Shown here: positions 27,817 through 36,987 of the stretch, piece after piece | Layout of the letters: each line of letters begins with the position of its first letter | Position numbering within the stretch: the first letter of the stretch is position 1 | Sequence record: PZ513998.1 | Direction: 5' to 3' (one strand) | DNA: 56,697 nt | From: a phage | The notes under the pieces: generated by a model | Databases searched by the model: none | Seen by the model: only the letters and a program-made list of their open reading frames with translations | Told to the model about the DNA's origin: nothing | Translations under genes and position numbers: made by a program

Positions 27817-28350
27817 ATGGATCATAAGTACAAGGTTTCGGACAGGAATACCGTCGCCCGAGTAGTGGGCCGTCATCGCCAATGGTGCGACGCATACGTT
27901 GAGGTAAAACGTATCGTTCGTGAAATGTCCGAAAAAGGGATAACCGATCTGGAAGTTGACGCGATGCCGATCCACGCGCACCTAAACCGGATTGCTGGTT
28001 TCAACTCATTTTTTGCCAACACTCAAAACGAATGGTGGCTAAGATTTAGACCATTTGAAGCCTACCCACAAGATAACGGGAAGACGCTAATTAAGTACCG
28101 CGACTCCCACCCGTGTAACATCTGGCGAAAAGTAGAAAAGATGGAATTCGACCGAGAAGATTTAGAACGAAGAATAAGTCGTATCGAACAAATATTACAA
28201 GGACAGCCGGAAACAATCGCATACGATAGAAAAGTATTTCGAATTCGTAGAACACAAGAATTATCTCAAACCGGCATGTCAAACCGAAAAGCGAGAAAAA
28301 TCGCATGGGAGGAAGCCGGTAGAGAATTCCCGGGAGAAGACCATGTTTGA
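27817..28350 (+). CDS. hypothetical protein
   Basis: 177-aa ORF. Confidence 0.3.
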   Translation: MDHKYKVSDRNTVARVVGRHRQWCDAYVEVKRIVREMSEKGITDLEVDAMPIHAHLNRIAGFNSFFANTQNEWWLRFRPFEAYPQDNGKTLIKYRDSHPCNIWRKVEKMEFDREDLERRISRIEQILQGQPETIAYDRKVFRIRRTQELSQTGMSNRKARKIAWEEAGREFPGEDHV

Positions 28351-28602
28351 ATGTTTGATGAAATACGGAGAATAAAACGGAAATATGAAATGTTGCCTCC
28401 CGGAGATAACATACCTCTGTATGGCGATTTCATTGAGTTTAAGGACGAATTTAACGGAGCAACATATATTGGGGAGGTGTTAGATCACCATTTCAGTTCA
28501 ACACCTCACGATCAAATTTGGAATGTCTTCGTAGACGGCGTGACCATATCTGCGAAACAATCTGAGATAACAAGAGTATACCGACGCAAACGGAGAAAAT
28601 AG
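28351..28602 (+). CDS. hypothetical protein
   Basis: 83-aa ORF. Confidence 0.25.
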   Translation: MFDEIRRIKRKYEMLPPGDNIPLYGDFIEFKDEFNGATYIGEVLDHHFSSTPHDQIWNVFVDGVTISAKQSEITRVYRRKRRK

Positions 28603-29466
28603 ATGAAAGACCTAACAAAACCTTTAGTAGAAATCGATATCGACGTTAGAACGGATTACCTACCTCACGGTGTTTTATCCGTTGATATCAAAACCGAGGA
28701 AATATCTCACGAACTAAAATCGTTACTAGCCGATACATTTGAAGCCATGGTAGTTCGTTTGATTTCTTCGGAGAGAAAATACCAAAGAGGGAACTCTTAC
28801 CAGAACGAAGAACTAGCGCAAAGCGGTGAACTCGCATTCCGGATCGCCGACCGGCTTAAAAATTTCCAAGATATTGACGCCATGAATTTGATTATGTTTT
28901 CCATGTACCATCAGGCGTATTCTGGACAACAAATTCATCTAATGGATAGTTGTATTAAAGATTTCCATCGCGGGGTGGTAGACGCGTATAACTTCATTGA
29001 TTCTACTTGCCCTCCCGGTTGTGCTGAGGAAGCGTTCCGAACACTGCTTATGAGCGAGTTAGTCGACACTACCATGAAAGAACTCGGCAAAGGCGATAAA
29101 ACCTCATACAAGATGTTAGGTGGCGATACGGCCAAGTTATCCGTTAACCCCCCTAAGTCCCTAAAAGCATTTGCGGATCAACTAGGCGACGAGGAGCTTT
29201 ACATCTATAACATTCTAGGCATGAATTTTGTGATCCCATGGTGGGGCGATACCGTAGTAGCGAATAAGGAAAAACAACTACTCGTGTTCCCGGGTGTACC
29301 ATATGTTGATCGAGAGACCGATAGATGGCGTTCACCAGACTGTGAAGATTTCCAAAAAGACGGTCTCGTTATCGGCACAATAGATGTCTCGAAAGAAAGA
29401 GAATATCTCATTGATGGTTTTATTCTATCTCTGTCCGCATTCAACCGCAAACCGCTAGAGGGCTAA
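28603..29466 (+). CDS. hypothetical protein
   Basis: 287-aa ORF. Confidence 0.3.
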   Translation: MKDLTKPLVEIDIDVRTDYLPHGVLSVDIKTEEISHELKSLLADTFEAMVVRLISSERKYQRGNSYQNEELAQSGELAFRIADRLKNFQDIDAMNLIMFSMYHQAYSGQQIHLMDSCIKDFHRGVVDAYNFIDSTCPPGCAEEAFRTLLMSELVDTTMKELGKGDKTSYKMLGGDTAKLSVNPPKSLKAFADQLGDEELYIYNILGMNFVIPWWGDTVVANKEKQLLVFPGVPYVDRETDRWRSPDCEDFQKDGLVIGTIDVSKEREYLIDGFILSLSAFNRKPLEG

Positions 29467-29931
29467 ATGAAATTAGTATACATAGCTGGCCCATACCGCG
29501 CAGACACCAAAGAGGGCGTGGCTGAAAATATCCGTAAGGCACAAGTAATCGGGCTATCTCTAACCACCAACGGACATACATTAGGGGTATTCCCCGTGAT
29601 CCCTCACATGAATACGGCGCACTTTGAGACCCACACTTTAACCGTATCACAAAAATTCAGCGCTTTTATTGAGCCGGTGCCAGATGAATACTGGCTACAA
29701 GGAACAATGGCATTGATGGAAAAATGCGATGCGGTTTTATTGACGCACCCACAAGCCGGCATAACAAGCAAGGGAACGCGGGCGGAGGTTATGCGCGCTA
29801 TTGAGTTGGGTATTCCTGTTTATGACCACATAAACGGTCTACTATCTGACCTTAGAGACGAATCAACGCCTCTACGAAGTATTAATGTTTTGAATGACAA
29901 GCGAGAATTTCTCGGGGCGGTTGATGAGTGA
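29467..29931 (+). CDS. nucleoside 2-deoxyribosyltransferase-like protein (DUF1937/DUF4406-type)
   Basis: 154 aa; N-terminal KLVYIAGPYRAD and C-terminal CDAVLLTHPQAGITSKGTRAEVMRAIELGIPVYD typical of this Rossmann-like family. Confidence 0.45.
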   Translation: MKLVYIAGPYRADTKEGVAENIRKAQVIGLSLTTNGHTLGVFPVIPHMNTAHFETHTLTVSQKFSAFIEPVPDEYWLQGTMALMEKCDAVLLTHPQAGITSKGTRAEVMRAIELGIPVYDHINGLLSDLRDESTPLRSINVLNDKREFLGAVDE

Positions 29932-29969
29932 ATGACAAGCGAGAATTTCTCGGGGCGGTTGATGAGTGA
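29894..29969 (+). repeat. perfect tandem duplication, 2 x 38 bp (ATGACAAGCGAGAATTTCTCGGGGCGGTTGATGAGTGA)
   Basis: copy 1 at 29894-29931 is the 3' end of ORF 29467-29931; copy 2 at 29932-29969 is the 5' end of the next frame-1 ORF, read in a different codon phase. Confidence 0.9.
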
Positions 29970-30147
29970 TGTAGCGTACTTAATAGTCGTTGCGATGTGT
30001 GCCTTAGTTATAACACTAGGGATACGGAAATAAATGCCCCTTTACTTTATTATCAAAACCGGCAAGACCGCTCACCGTCTTCACCACCCCAACCGCACAA
30101 CCTTTGTCCTAGGCAGTTATGAAATAAAACTTGGTCGGCCGTTTTAG

Positions 30148-30402
30148 ATGTCCTTTTGGGCTAAAATCAAGGCGATGGCTCTAGGGGTCGTCGCCTTTTT
30201 TGTCCTCCTATTCCTAACGTGGCGTAAAGGAAAACAGGACGGAAAGAACGAGAAAGTTATCGAAGATATTATCGATAACCATATTGAACAAGAACGAGTT
30301 AATGAGGTAAAACAAGATGTCGATTCGGGGATTAATAGCTTACCGGACGGCGGTAGTTCTGATCGTCTTCGCAGTGGTTGGTTGCGTAAAGACCGTAAAT
30401 AA
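30148..30402 (+). CDS. putative lysis-associated membrane protein (holin- or spanin-like)
   Basis: 84 aa; single N-terminal TM helix (AMALGVVAFFVLLFLTW) then charged helical tail; next to putative lysin. Confidence 0.3.
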   Translation: MSFWAKIKAMALGVVAFFVLLFLTWRKGKQDGKNEKVIEDIIDNHIEQERVNEVKQDVDSGINSLPDGGSSDRLRSGWLRKDRK

Positions 30403-31107
30403 ATGGCGAATTTAAAGCCTAAAGGTATCAGACAAAATAACCCGGGTAACTTGGAGTGGGGATCTCCTTGGCAGGGGCTAGTACCGAAAGCGGAGAGAAC
30501 GTCTCCTCGCTTTTGTGAATTCGTAAATCCGGTTTATGGTATTCGTGCGATCGCAGTAACGTTAATCACGTATTACGATAAGCGCAAATCAAAGAACGGC
30601 TCTCGCATCGACTCCGCGCGTGAAATCGTTGAGCGTTGGGCGCCGGGGTCGGAGAAAGGGAATAATACCAACGTATACGCTAAAAACTTAGCAGACCTAC
30701 TAGGCGTTGGCCCGGACGACGAAGTTATCGATATGCACGACTACGACCAGTTGTTTTTATTGGTGTCAGGCATCATCGGTACAGAAAACGGCTTCAATGG
30801 GCCACTCAAAGGCAAAACGGTAAACACTTGGTATTCTGACGAGACTATCGAAGAAGCCCTCCGTATGGCCGGGGTGACTAAGAAACCGAAAGTCGTTAAT
30901 TCTACTGCAACCGTAGCAGCCGGCACCGCAGCACTAGGCGTCGCTCAGTTGGTTGAGGTCGTCCAGCCGGTCAAGGAGGCGGTACACAATGCCTCGGGAG
31001 ACCTTTCATCTGGCGACTACGCTAGAATCTTCCTCGGCGTCGCCACCGTCGGGATCGGGATTTACCTCGGCTATGTCCGCTACCGTAAATTCAAATTGGG
31101 GCAGTGA
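30403..31107 (+). CDS. putative cell-wall hydrolase (endolysin-like) with C-terminal membrane anchor
   Basis: 234 aa; N-terminal IRQNNPGNLEW motif; C-terminal hydrophobic helix RIFLGVATVGIGIYLGYV; flanked by small TM proteins. Confidence 0.3.
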   Translation: MANLKPKGIRQNNPGNLEWGSPWQGLVPKAERTSPRFCEFVNPVYGIRAIAVTLITYYDKRKSKNGSRIDSAREIVERWAPGSEKGNNTNVYAKNLADLLGVGPDDEVIDMHDYDQLFLLVSGIIGTENGFNGPLKGKTVNTWYSDETIEEALRMAGVTKKPKVVNSTATVAAGTAALGVAQLVEVVQPVKEAVHNASGDLSSGDYARIFLGVATVGIGIYLGYVRYRKFKLGQ

Positions 31108-31422
31108 ATGGCGGGTAGAGATGGAGGTACGGGAGGCGTTCGCATTGACTTGGCGATCAATATCCCGACTATCCTTTCGCTAATAGCAGCGTTGTGTAGC
31201 GGTATAATGTGGGTTAATAACCAGTTTAGCAATGTTAGAAACGATGTTTTGTTGGTCACGGCTGACGTTAGAGTCCTAGAACAACGAACAACGCAAGCCG
31301 AGCGGGAAATCGCCGATATAAAACATAATACCGCACAACAAATAAACCAGTTTCGAGGTGAAGTTCGCGAAGACCTTAGAGACATTAAAACTAGCGTTCA
31401 AAAACTCGCAGATAAAAAATAG
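31108..31422 (+). CDS. membrane-anchored coiled-coil protein (spanin-like)
   Basis: 104 aa; TM helix IPTILSLIAALCSGIMWV followed by heptad-like charged helix. Confidence 0.3.
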   Translation: MAGRDGGTGGVRIDLAINIPTILSLIAALCSGIMWVNNQFSNVRNDVLLVTADVRVLEQRTTQAEREIADIKHNTAQQINQFRGEVREDLRDIKTSVQKLADKK

Positions 31423-33408
31423 ATGGCAGTCAACGCAAGGAACACTTCGCGGGCTGTCGTTTATCAGATCTTGCCTGACTTTAGGGCAAGGTCTACCCAC
31501 CGGAATGTTCTATATCAGGTCTCCGCGAAACTGCGTTTTCGGTCGCAGCACCGAAACGTGGTCTACCAAATACCGCCATTTCGTGCTAGGTCGGTCGTTT
31601 CTAATATAGTATATAGTACCGATTCAACTGCAAGAACGGTAATTACTGTCCCACAAGCGCTAAACCAAGTTGTCTATAACACGTCGTACCAGTTTGAGAT
31701 TTCAAACAATATCATTGGTGGGGTAATAAATACCGCGACCTATTCATGGGTTGAAGCGTTGCCGATCTCTAAACTTGATGTGAAGTCTTTTACGCAACTG
31801 GTGGTCGTTGGTACGGAATACGACACTACGTCCATGAAGTTTATCGGGCAAAACGTCCACCTCGTAAACCAAGGGCTACCGCAACCCCGCCCGGTCGATA
31901 CATGGTCGAACACGGAGATGGGTTCCGAGGTTATGCTCGTTTGTCAGTCTTTGGATATCGAATATATCCCGAGATCCGGGGTTGACTCTCCTAGCGTTGT
32001 ATCGTTGGTTTCCTACTCATCTCCGATAAAATGGGAGACAAGACCGGCTGACGTCGGTACGGTAACACATTTAGCATCGGTTCCGACGGATTTGTTCGGC
32101 CTCCCTAACTCTTTCACATCTTCCGGGAGTGTCGTTCAATTGTCGTCGTACCCGTCCACACCTCCGGCACGAGTAGGGGTTGAAAACGTCCCTCAGATTG
32201 TCAGTTTAGCCTCGATACCGGTAGGCGATGATCCGACCGTCGGAGTGGAGAAATCGTCTCAGGTTTTCACTCAAGCGATTCTGTCATCGGATTATGTATA
32301 TCCGCAATCCGATACTGATGTCGGCCAAGTTTTATTGTCACAAGTTGAGTCGGTCATTGATGAACTACCGATTTCCCCGGAGGACGTTAGTTCCGTTGTG
32401 TCCTTATCGGCGATTGGGGTCGACGCAACATGGAGTTGGTCAGATATATCTTCACCGTCAGTTAATATTTTGGCCGTACAAGATAGCCCGCAACCTCCGC
32501 TAGAGTCGTACTTCGTTTTAAATGCGGTAGGGTCTGCTACGGTGGCGATGTTATTAGAATCGGACTTCGGGCCGGCACACAAAGACAGTTACACCGAAAC
32601 GTATTCCGTACCGATCCTATCGTTGATGACTGCGCCTAAACGGTTTTACCCGCCTCTTGATAACGTGGTAGAACTTGAGAAAGGAAACCATGTTACTCAA
32701 TACGTTACGTCTACTGCGATGAAACGTGACGACGGTATGCCGATATCTACGGAAGATGTCGCCTCACTATCCATTGTTTCCGGGATAAAATCTCCGATGC
32801 CAACTCCGGACGAAGTTGCGAGGAAAGGCGACTTTATTTCGGGCCTATCGCAACACACCATGGTTACGAGTTCGTTCCCGTCTACGGAAGAACCTCAGAG
32901 TTATGTTGAAACGGGTAGTTTAGCTAAAAATATCGCGGTAACGGCATCGTACCCTGATATTCGTCTACCGATGACAGTTGGCCAAACGGACTTAGTAGCA
33001 TTTAATATCGCTAACTCGGTTGACTACCCGCCGGTGAAATCGTTTTTAATGTATGATTTCGCGGGATTAGTAACACAAAATATCGCGTGTAAGGCTAACT
33101 ATTTGCCCGCAAATACGCTAAACTCCTTATCGTTGACGACACAAACTTCGGCTAACGTTGCGTTCTCGGCCAGATACCCTGATAAAAGTACGGTTTATTC
33201 GCGAATTAATTCCGCTCAGGTTTCATCTTCGCTGGCAACGGTAGCTGAGTACCCGGATAAAGACTCAGTTCTTTCAGACATAAAGTCTACGTCCGTGTAT
33301 CAAAATGTTGTGCGCGTCGATTCTTCGTTATATCACATGCCACACCCACCGCAGAGACATCGCGTTAGGATCGTGTGTAAGATGATATATGGATATAAGA
33401 ACCGATAA
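31423..33408 (+). CDS. repeat-containing tail fibre-like structural protein
   Basis: 661 aa; N-terminal repeated RNVxYQ motif and recurring xYPD/YPP motifs; Ser/Thr/Val-rich; sits in tail-fibre position. Confidence 0.4.
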   Translation: MAVNARNTSRAVVYQILPDFRARSTHRNVLYQVSAKLRFRSQHRNVVYQIPPFRARSVVSNIVYSTDSTARTVITVPQALNQVVYNTSYQFEISNNIIGGVINTATYSWVEALPISKLDVKSFTQLVVVGTEYDTTSMKFIGQNVHLVNQGLPQPRPVDTWSNTEMGSEVMLVCQSLDIEYIPRSGVDSPSVVSLVSYSSPIKWETRPADVGTVTHLASVPTDLFGLPNSFTSSGSVVQLSSYPSTPPARVGVENVPQIVSLASIPVGDDPTVGVEKSSQVFTQAILSSDYVYPQSDTDVGQVLLSQVESVIDELPISPEDVSSVVSLSAIGVDATWSWSDISSPSVNILAVQDSPQPPLESYFVLNAVGSATVAMLLESDFGPAHKDSYTETYSVPILSLMTAPKRFYPPLDNVVELEKGNHVTQYVTSTAMKRDDGMPISTEDVASLSIVSGIKSPMPTPDEVARKGDFISGLSQHTMVTSSFPSTEEPQSYVETGSLAKNIAVTASYPDIRLPMTVGQTDLVAFNIANSVDYPPVKSFLMYDFAGLVTQNIACKANYLPANTLNSLSLTTQTSANVAFSARYPDKSTVYSRINSAQVSSSLATVAEYPDKDSVLSDIKSTSVYQNVVRVDSSLYHMPHPPQRHRVRIVCKMIYGYKNR

Positions 33409-34986
33409 ATGTTGACGGGAGGTTATAGCGATGAAAGTTGGTTGCCTGACGATTCTTACGCTCCTAATGGCTCTCTAGACGTATCTAAGATCCCGCTATT
33501 CACGGTAGATAGTCGTGGCTTATTTAATGGCGGTAATACTGGGGCTATGTTGTATACTTTTAGAGCTTCCGGCCTCTATGCTCCCGTATCCGCACCGTGG
33601 TCGCCTAGCTACCCTTTCGGGTATCCGTTCAATAGTCCGAGTATTCGACCGGAGTTATCCCCGAGCGGTTTTTCTATTGTACCTTGCCCGACTAGACCCG
33701 GAAGAAAGCGCTTCATGTTCCCCGGAAAAAAGATGGTCGGTAGACCCCTTACTTCTACAAGTAGCAGTGATAACTGGTCGGGGTCTCCTAACTGCTTCTC
33801 AATTCGCTATCGCATTCCTAGACCGTCGGTATCGGCTCCGGCAGGGCGTCAAACTAGCATATCTTTTGTAGCTAGATTTAATAGACGTACGGATAAGACC
33901 ACTAGACTAGCTTGGTATTTTTCTGTCGGATACCCGTCGATTAAGGTTCGACCGGGATACCAAACTAACTGGAGGAATTATGGGCTATCCAGTTTATGTC
34001 CGGGGTTCTTCGCTAGTTATATAATTTTTGGGAGTTCTAAACGTATAAATCTAGGGTCAGGAACACCGGGAGATACGGAGACTTGCACTTATTCAGATGG
34101 TCTTCCGTGGGTGTGCTTAAGACCTAACAACGAATTAGCTACGGATATACCCAACCCGACGGTACCGGGGAGAGACGGTCATTTTTTCAAATTTGAGTTC
34201 GACCGAGATTACCATATAGAAATTTTGTTGAGGATAAACTCCGCTACAAACAATTATGTAACTCGACCCTCCGTGAAAGTATTCATCGATGGGGAACCCG
34301 TCAGCAGTTGGAACGTTTCTGGAGCCAATGACGAGTTCTGGATTCCGCCCGAGGATACGTCAAATTTAGCTACTTCGGATCGGGTAAACTCAGAGAACTT
34401 TCTTACAGGGTTGCAGTTTAATTTTCAGATGAATCATAAGTACAACGTGTCAGTTTACCCGACGTATCACTATCCGGAGATGGCGGAGGAGTCCGGCCCG
34501 GTATTGATTAGTGATATCGTGGTAGGGGAGTCCAGTGCTTCCGACGGAGAAGTTGTCTTCGGGCCGTCAACTCGCGTATGGGGAGACGCTCCTAACTCGG
34601 ATATCGAGACATCATTCAAACGGCCACAAAGTTTCGATTCTAATGCTAGCGTGGTTGGTGCCCCCATGGGGTCGAATGTTGTTGATGAGGGGGCCGAGTT
34701 ATCCGGTGGGGCTGGAGACCGAGACATGTATAAAACCGATGGTAGTTCTATGCCGGATTTCGCCGGGAATATCTTAGGAGTTCAAGTAAAATCGATAGTT
34801 CGTGCCCCGTCCGCTGACGGCGAGGTCGTATCGCTACTAGGAGAAAGAGAATTGGGGTCTACCGAACTAAAGGCTTCGAATGGCGGGCGCTATTCGTCCG
34901 TAGCTCACACGATTACTTATACAACCCCCACCTCTCCTGAAGAAATATCCAATACTGCTTACGGTATATCAGTGAAAGAGGTATAA
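33409..34986 (+). CDS. putative tail fibre / receptor-binding structural protein
   Basis: 525-aa ORF adjacent to fibre-like genes; no catalytic motif recognised. Confidence 0.35.
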   Translation: MLTGGYSDESWLPDDSYAPNGSLDVSKIPLFTVDSRGLFNGGNTGAMLYTFRASGLYAPVSAPWSPSYPFGYPFNSPSIRPELSPSGFSIVPCPTRPGRKRFMFPGKKMVGRPLTSTSSSDNWSGSPNCFSIRYRIPRPSVSAPAGRQTSISFVARFNRRTDKTTRLAWYFSVGYPSIKVRPGYQTNWRNYGLSSLCPGFFASYIIFGSSKRINLGSGTPGDTETCTYSDGLPWVCLRPNNELATDIPNPTVPGRDGHFFKFEFDRDYHIEILLRINSATNNYVTRPSVKVFIDGEPVSSWNVSGANDEFWIPPEDTSNLATSDRVNSENFLTGLQFNFQMNHKYNVSVYPTYHYPEMAEESGPVLISDIVVGESSASDGEVVFGPSTRVWGDAPNSDIETSFKRPQSFDSNASVVGAPMGSNVVDEGAELSGGAGDRDMYKTDGSSMPDFAGNILGVQVKSIVRAPSADGEVVSLLGERELGSTELKASNGGRYSSVAHTITYTTPTSPEEISNTAYGISVKEV

Positions 34987-36003
34987 ATGTTAAAACATCA
35001 AGACGGTTTCGACCACTACGCAGATATCGGCAAGAAAGGTTCCGTAGTCGAGCCGTACTTAAAAGCAGCCGGGTATGATATCCGAAATGCTACTGACGAT
35101 ACGTTCCAGATTGACCTAGGTCGTCGTGACGGCGCTAAGAGCCTTAAATTTACCGTAGAACGTAACTCCGCAACCAATGCGTCGCTATCATGGGGGTTCA
35201 CTCCGGCCGGAAACTACGCGTGTTTCGGTTTCGCGATGAAAGCCAATGGTTCTCGTATGCGAGTATGTCGGGTTGAGAACTTGGTCGACGTGGAGTGGGA
35301 TAGCGAAGACGGTAAGCTAGAAATTGATGGCCAAAAAGGGGTAAACCCGCTGATCCTTAATGCGTGGTATTTTTTCGAGATAGAACTTGATAAGTCCGCT
35401 AAGAAAGTAACCGTATGGGTTAATAACGAAAAGCAAATCGAGGCGACCCTTACTACTTCTTGGCCTGAAAAACTCGTTCTGGTATGGGGGCAAGTGGGTA
35501 CAGCGCCCAATGCGGGTATCCAGTACCTAGATGATTTTTACGCTATGGACGATTCGGGGTCGGTAAACACTTCCCGCCTAGGGCCGATTGAGGTTGCTAC
35601 CCGCGCTCCTACTTCTGATGTTACGACCGAATGGGAGATCGTTAACGGCACTAACGAAAATCACTACCAAGTTGCCTCCCAACTGGAGCCGGGGAGACCT
35701 AACGCACCGTATTTACAGTCTAACAAGTCGGGAGCTAAAGACATTTTCCGTTCTAATACGATCCTACCGACTAACAACAAGGTTTTCGGCGTGTCGGTGA
35801 TTGCGTATGCCCGTAAAGGGGACTTAGACGACCGCAAACTCGGTATGGTGATCCAGACTGACGGGGGTTCTGAGAAAGAAGTCCAAGTACCGTTGACCGA
35901 AGACTATAAATACTACCAAGTTACCCACGAACAAACTCCGGGTAATACCGACTGGAATAAAGGCGCTGTCGAAGCATTGCAGTTCGGCATCGTGACTCGA
36001 TAG
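34987..36003 (+). CDS. tail-associated protein, paralog 1 of 3
   Basis: 338 aa; shares motifs with the next two ORFs (GFD near N-terminus, WYFFEIEL, RLGPIEVATRAPTSDVTTEW, C-terminal FGIV). Confidence 0.4.
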   Translation: MLKHQDGFDHYADIGKKGSVVEPYLKAAGYDIRNATDDTFQIDLGRRDGAKSLKFTVERNSATNASLSWGFTPAGNYACFGFAMKANGSRMRVCRVENLVDVEWDSEDGKLEIDGQKGVNPLILNAWYFFEIELDKSAKKVTVWVNNEKQIEATLTTSWPEKLVLVWGQVGTAPNAGIQYLDDFYAMDDSGSVNTSRLGPIEVATRAPTSDVTTEWEIVNGTNENHYQVASQLEPGRPNAPYLQSNKSGAKDIFRSNTILPTNNKVFGVSVIAYARKGDLDDRKLGMVIQTDGGSEKEVQVPLTEDYKYYQVTHEQTPGNTDWNKGAVEALQFGIVTR

Positions 36004-36987
36004 ATGATGCAATTTATGGACGGTTTCGACCAGCTAAAAGATATGCCGTCGGATAAGATGGTAAATTTACTCAACAACTCGGGGTACAACGCAGTACCGC
36101 CGATCCGTATTGCGGAGGGACGTAATACAGAAACCCGATGCTTATACCTAGGTGATGTAAACGAGAACGCAGCAAGCCCGGCAACACTGTCTCGACTTTT
36201 TAACTCCGAGACTAACCGTGTGGTTATCGGTTTTGCGTATTGTGCGGACAAAGTGCGGGACGATATTATCCGTATTCCCGGTTTTGGGGTGCTCGCTTGG
36301 AACCGCGACAATGGTAAAGTCTCCTTGGCCGGTGTTACGGGTCAAGCTATCTTGCTCCTAGGTATCTGGTACTATTTCGAGATCGTCATCAACAAAGAAA
36401 CAAATACTTTCCAAGTTTTTATTAATAACGGTGCGGACTTAGCTGGACAACTACCGGATAGTGTTCGTTTCATGACAGACTACAAATGCGAATGGCCGGG
36501 CGGTTCTGGCGGTAAAAAATTAGATGATATCGTTTTTATCGATGCGCAAGCCGGCAAATACGTTGACCGAGTTGGCCCGATTGAAATACTCACCCGAATG
36601 CCGACGGTGGACGTGGTGAGCGAATGGTCGCCATCGAAAGGCGATAACCACTGGTCTCTTGTCAGTAATCGCCCTCCGAAAGAGGACGAATATATTCAGT
36701 CTAACGTCTCCGGCGCGATGGATACTTTCAAAAGTGAAATCCCGCTCGACGCTAAAGGCGACATCTTGGCCGTGAGTGTCACCGCGATCAACCGTAAATC
36801 TGACGTAGATAATAGACAACTCGGGTTGGTGGTTGGCGAGAAAGACAAACAGTTGGAAAAGGTAGATGAAAAACTTACCTTGACTGACAAAATAAGTTAT
36901 GCTGTATTCGAAAATTCTCCGCTCGGCGCTAATTGGGATCGCGATAATATCCCTGAAACTCCGTTCGGTGTAGTTATTAGACCATAA
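36004..36987 (+). CDS. tail-associated protein, paralog 2 of 3
   Basis: 327 aa; WYYFEIVINK, RVGPIEILTRMPTVDVVSEW, FGVV shared with neighbours. Confidence 0.4.
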   Translation: MMQFMDGFDQLKDMPSDKMVNLLNNSGYNAVPPIRIAEGRNTETRCLYLGDVNENAASPATLSRLFNSETNRVVIGFAYCADKVRDDIIRIPGFGVLAWNRDNGKVSLAGVTGQAILLLGIWYYFEIVINKETNTFQVFINNGADLAGQLPDSVRFMTDYKCEWPGGSGGKKLDDIVFIDAQAGKYVDRVGPIEILTRMPTVDVVSEWSPSKGDNHWSLVSNRPPKEDEYIQSNVSGAMDTFKSEIPLDAKGDILAVSVTAINRKSDVDNRQLGLVVGEKDKQLEKVDEKLTLTDKISYAVFENSPLGANWDRDNIPETPFGVVIRP

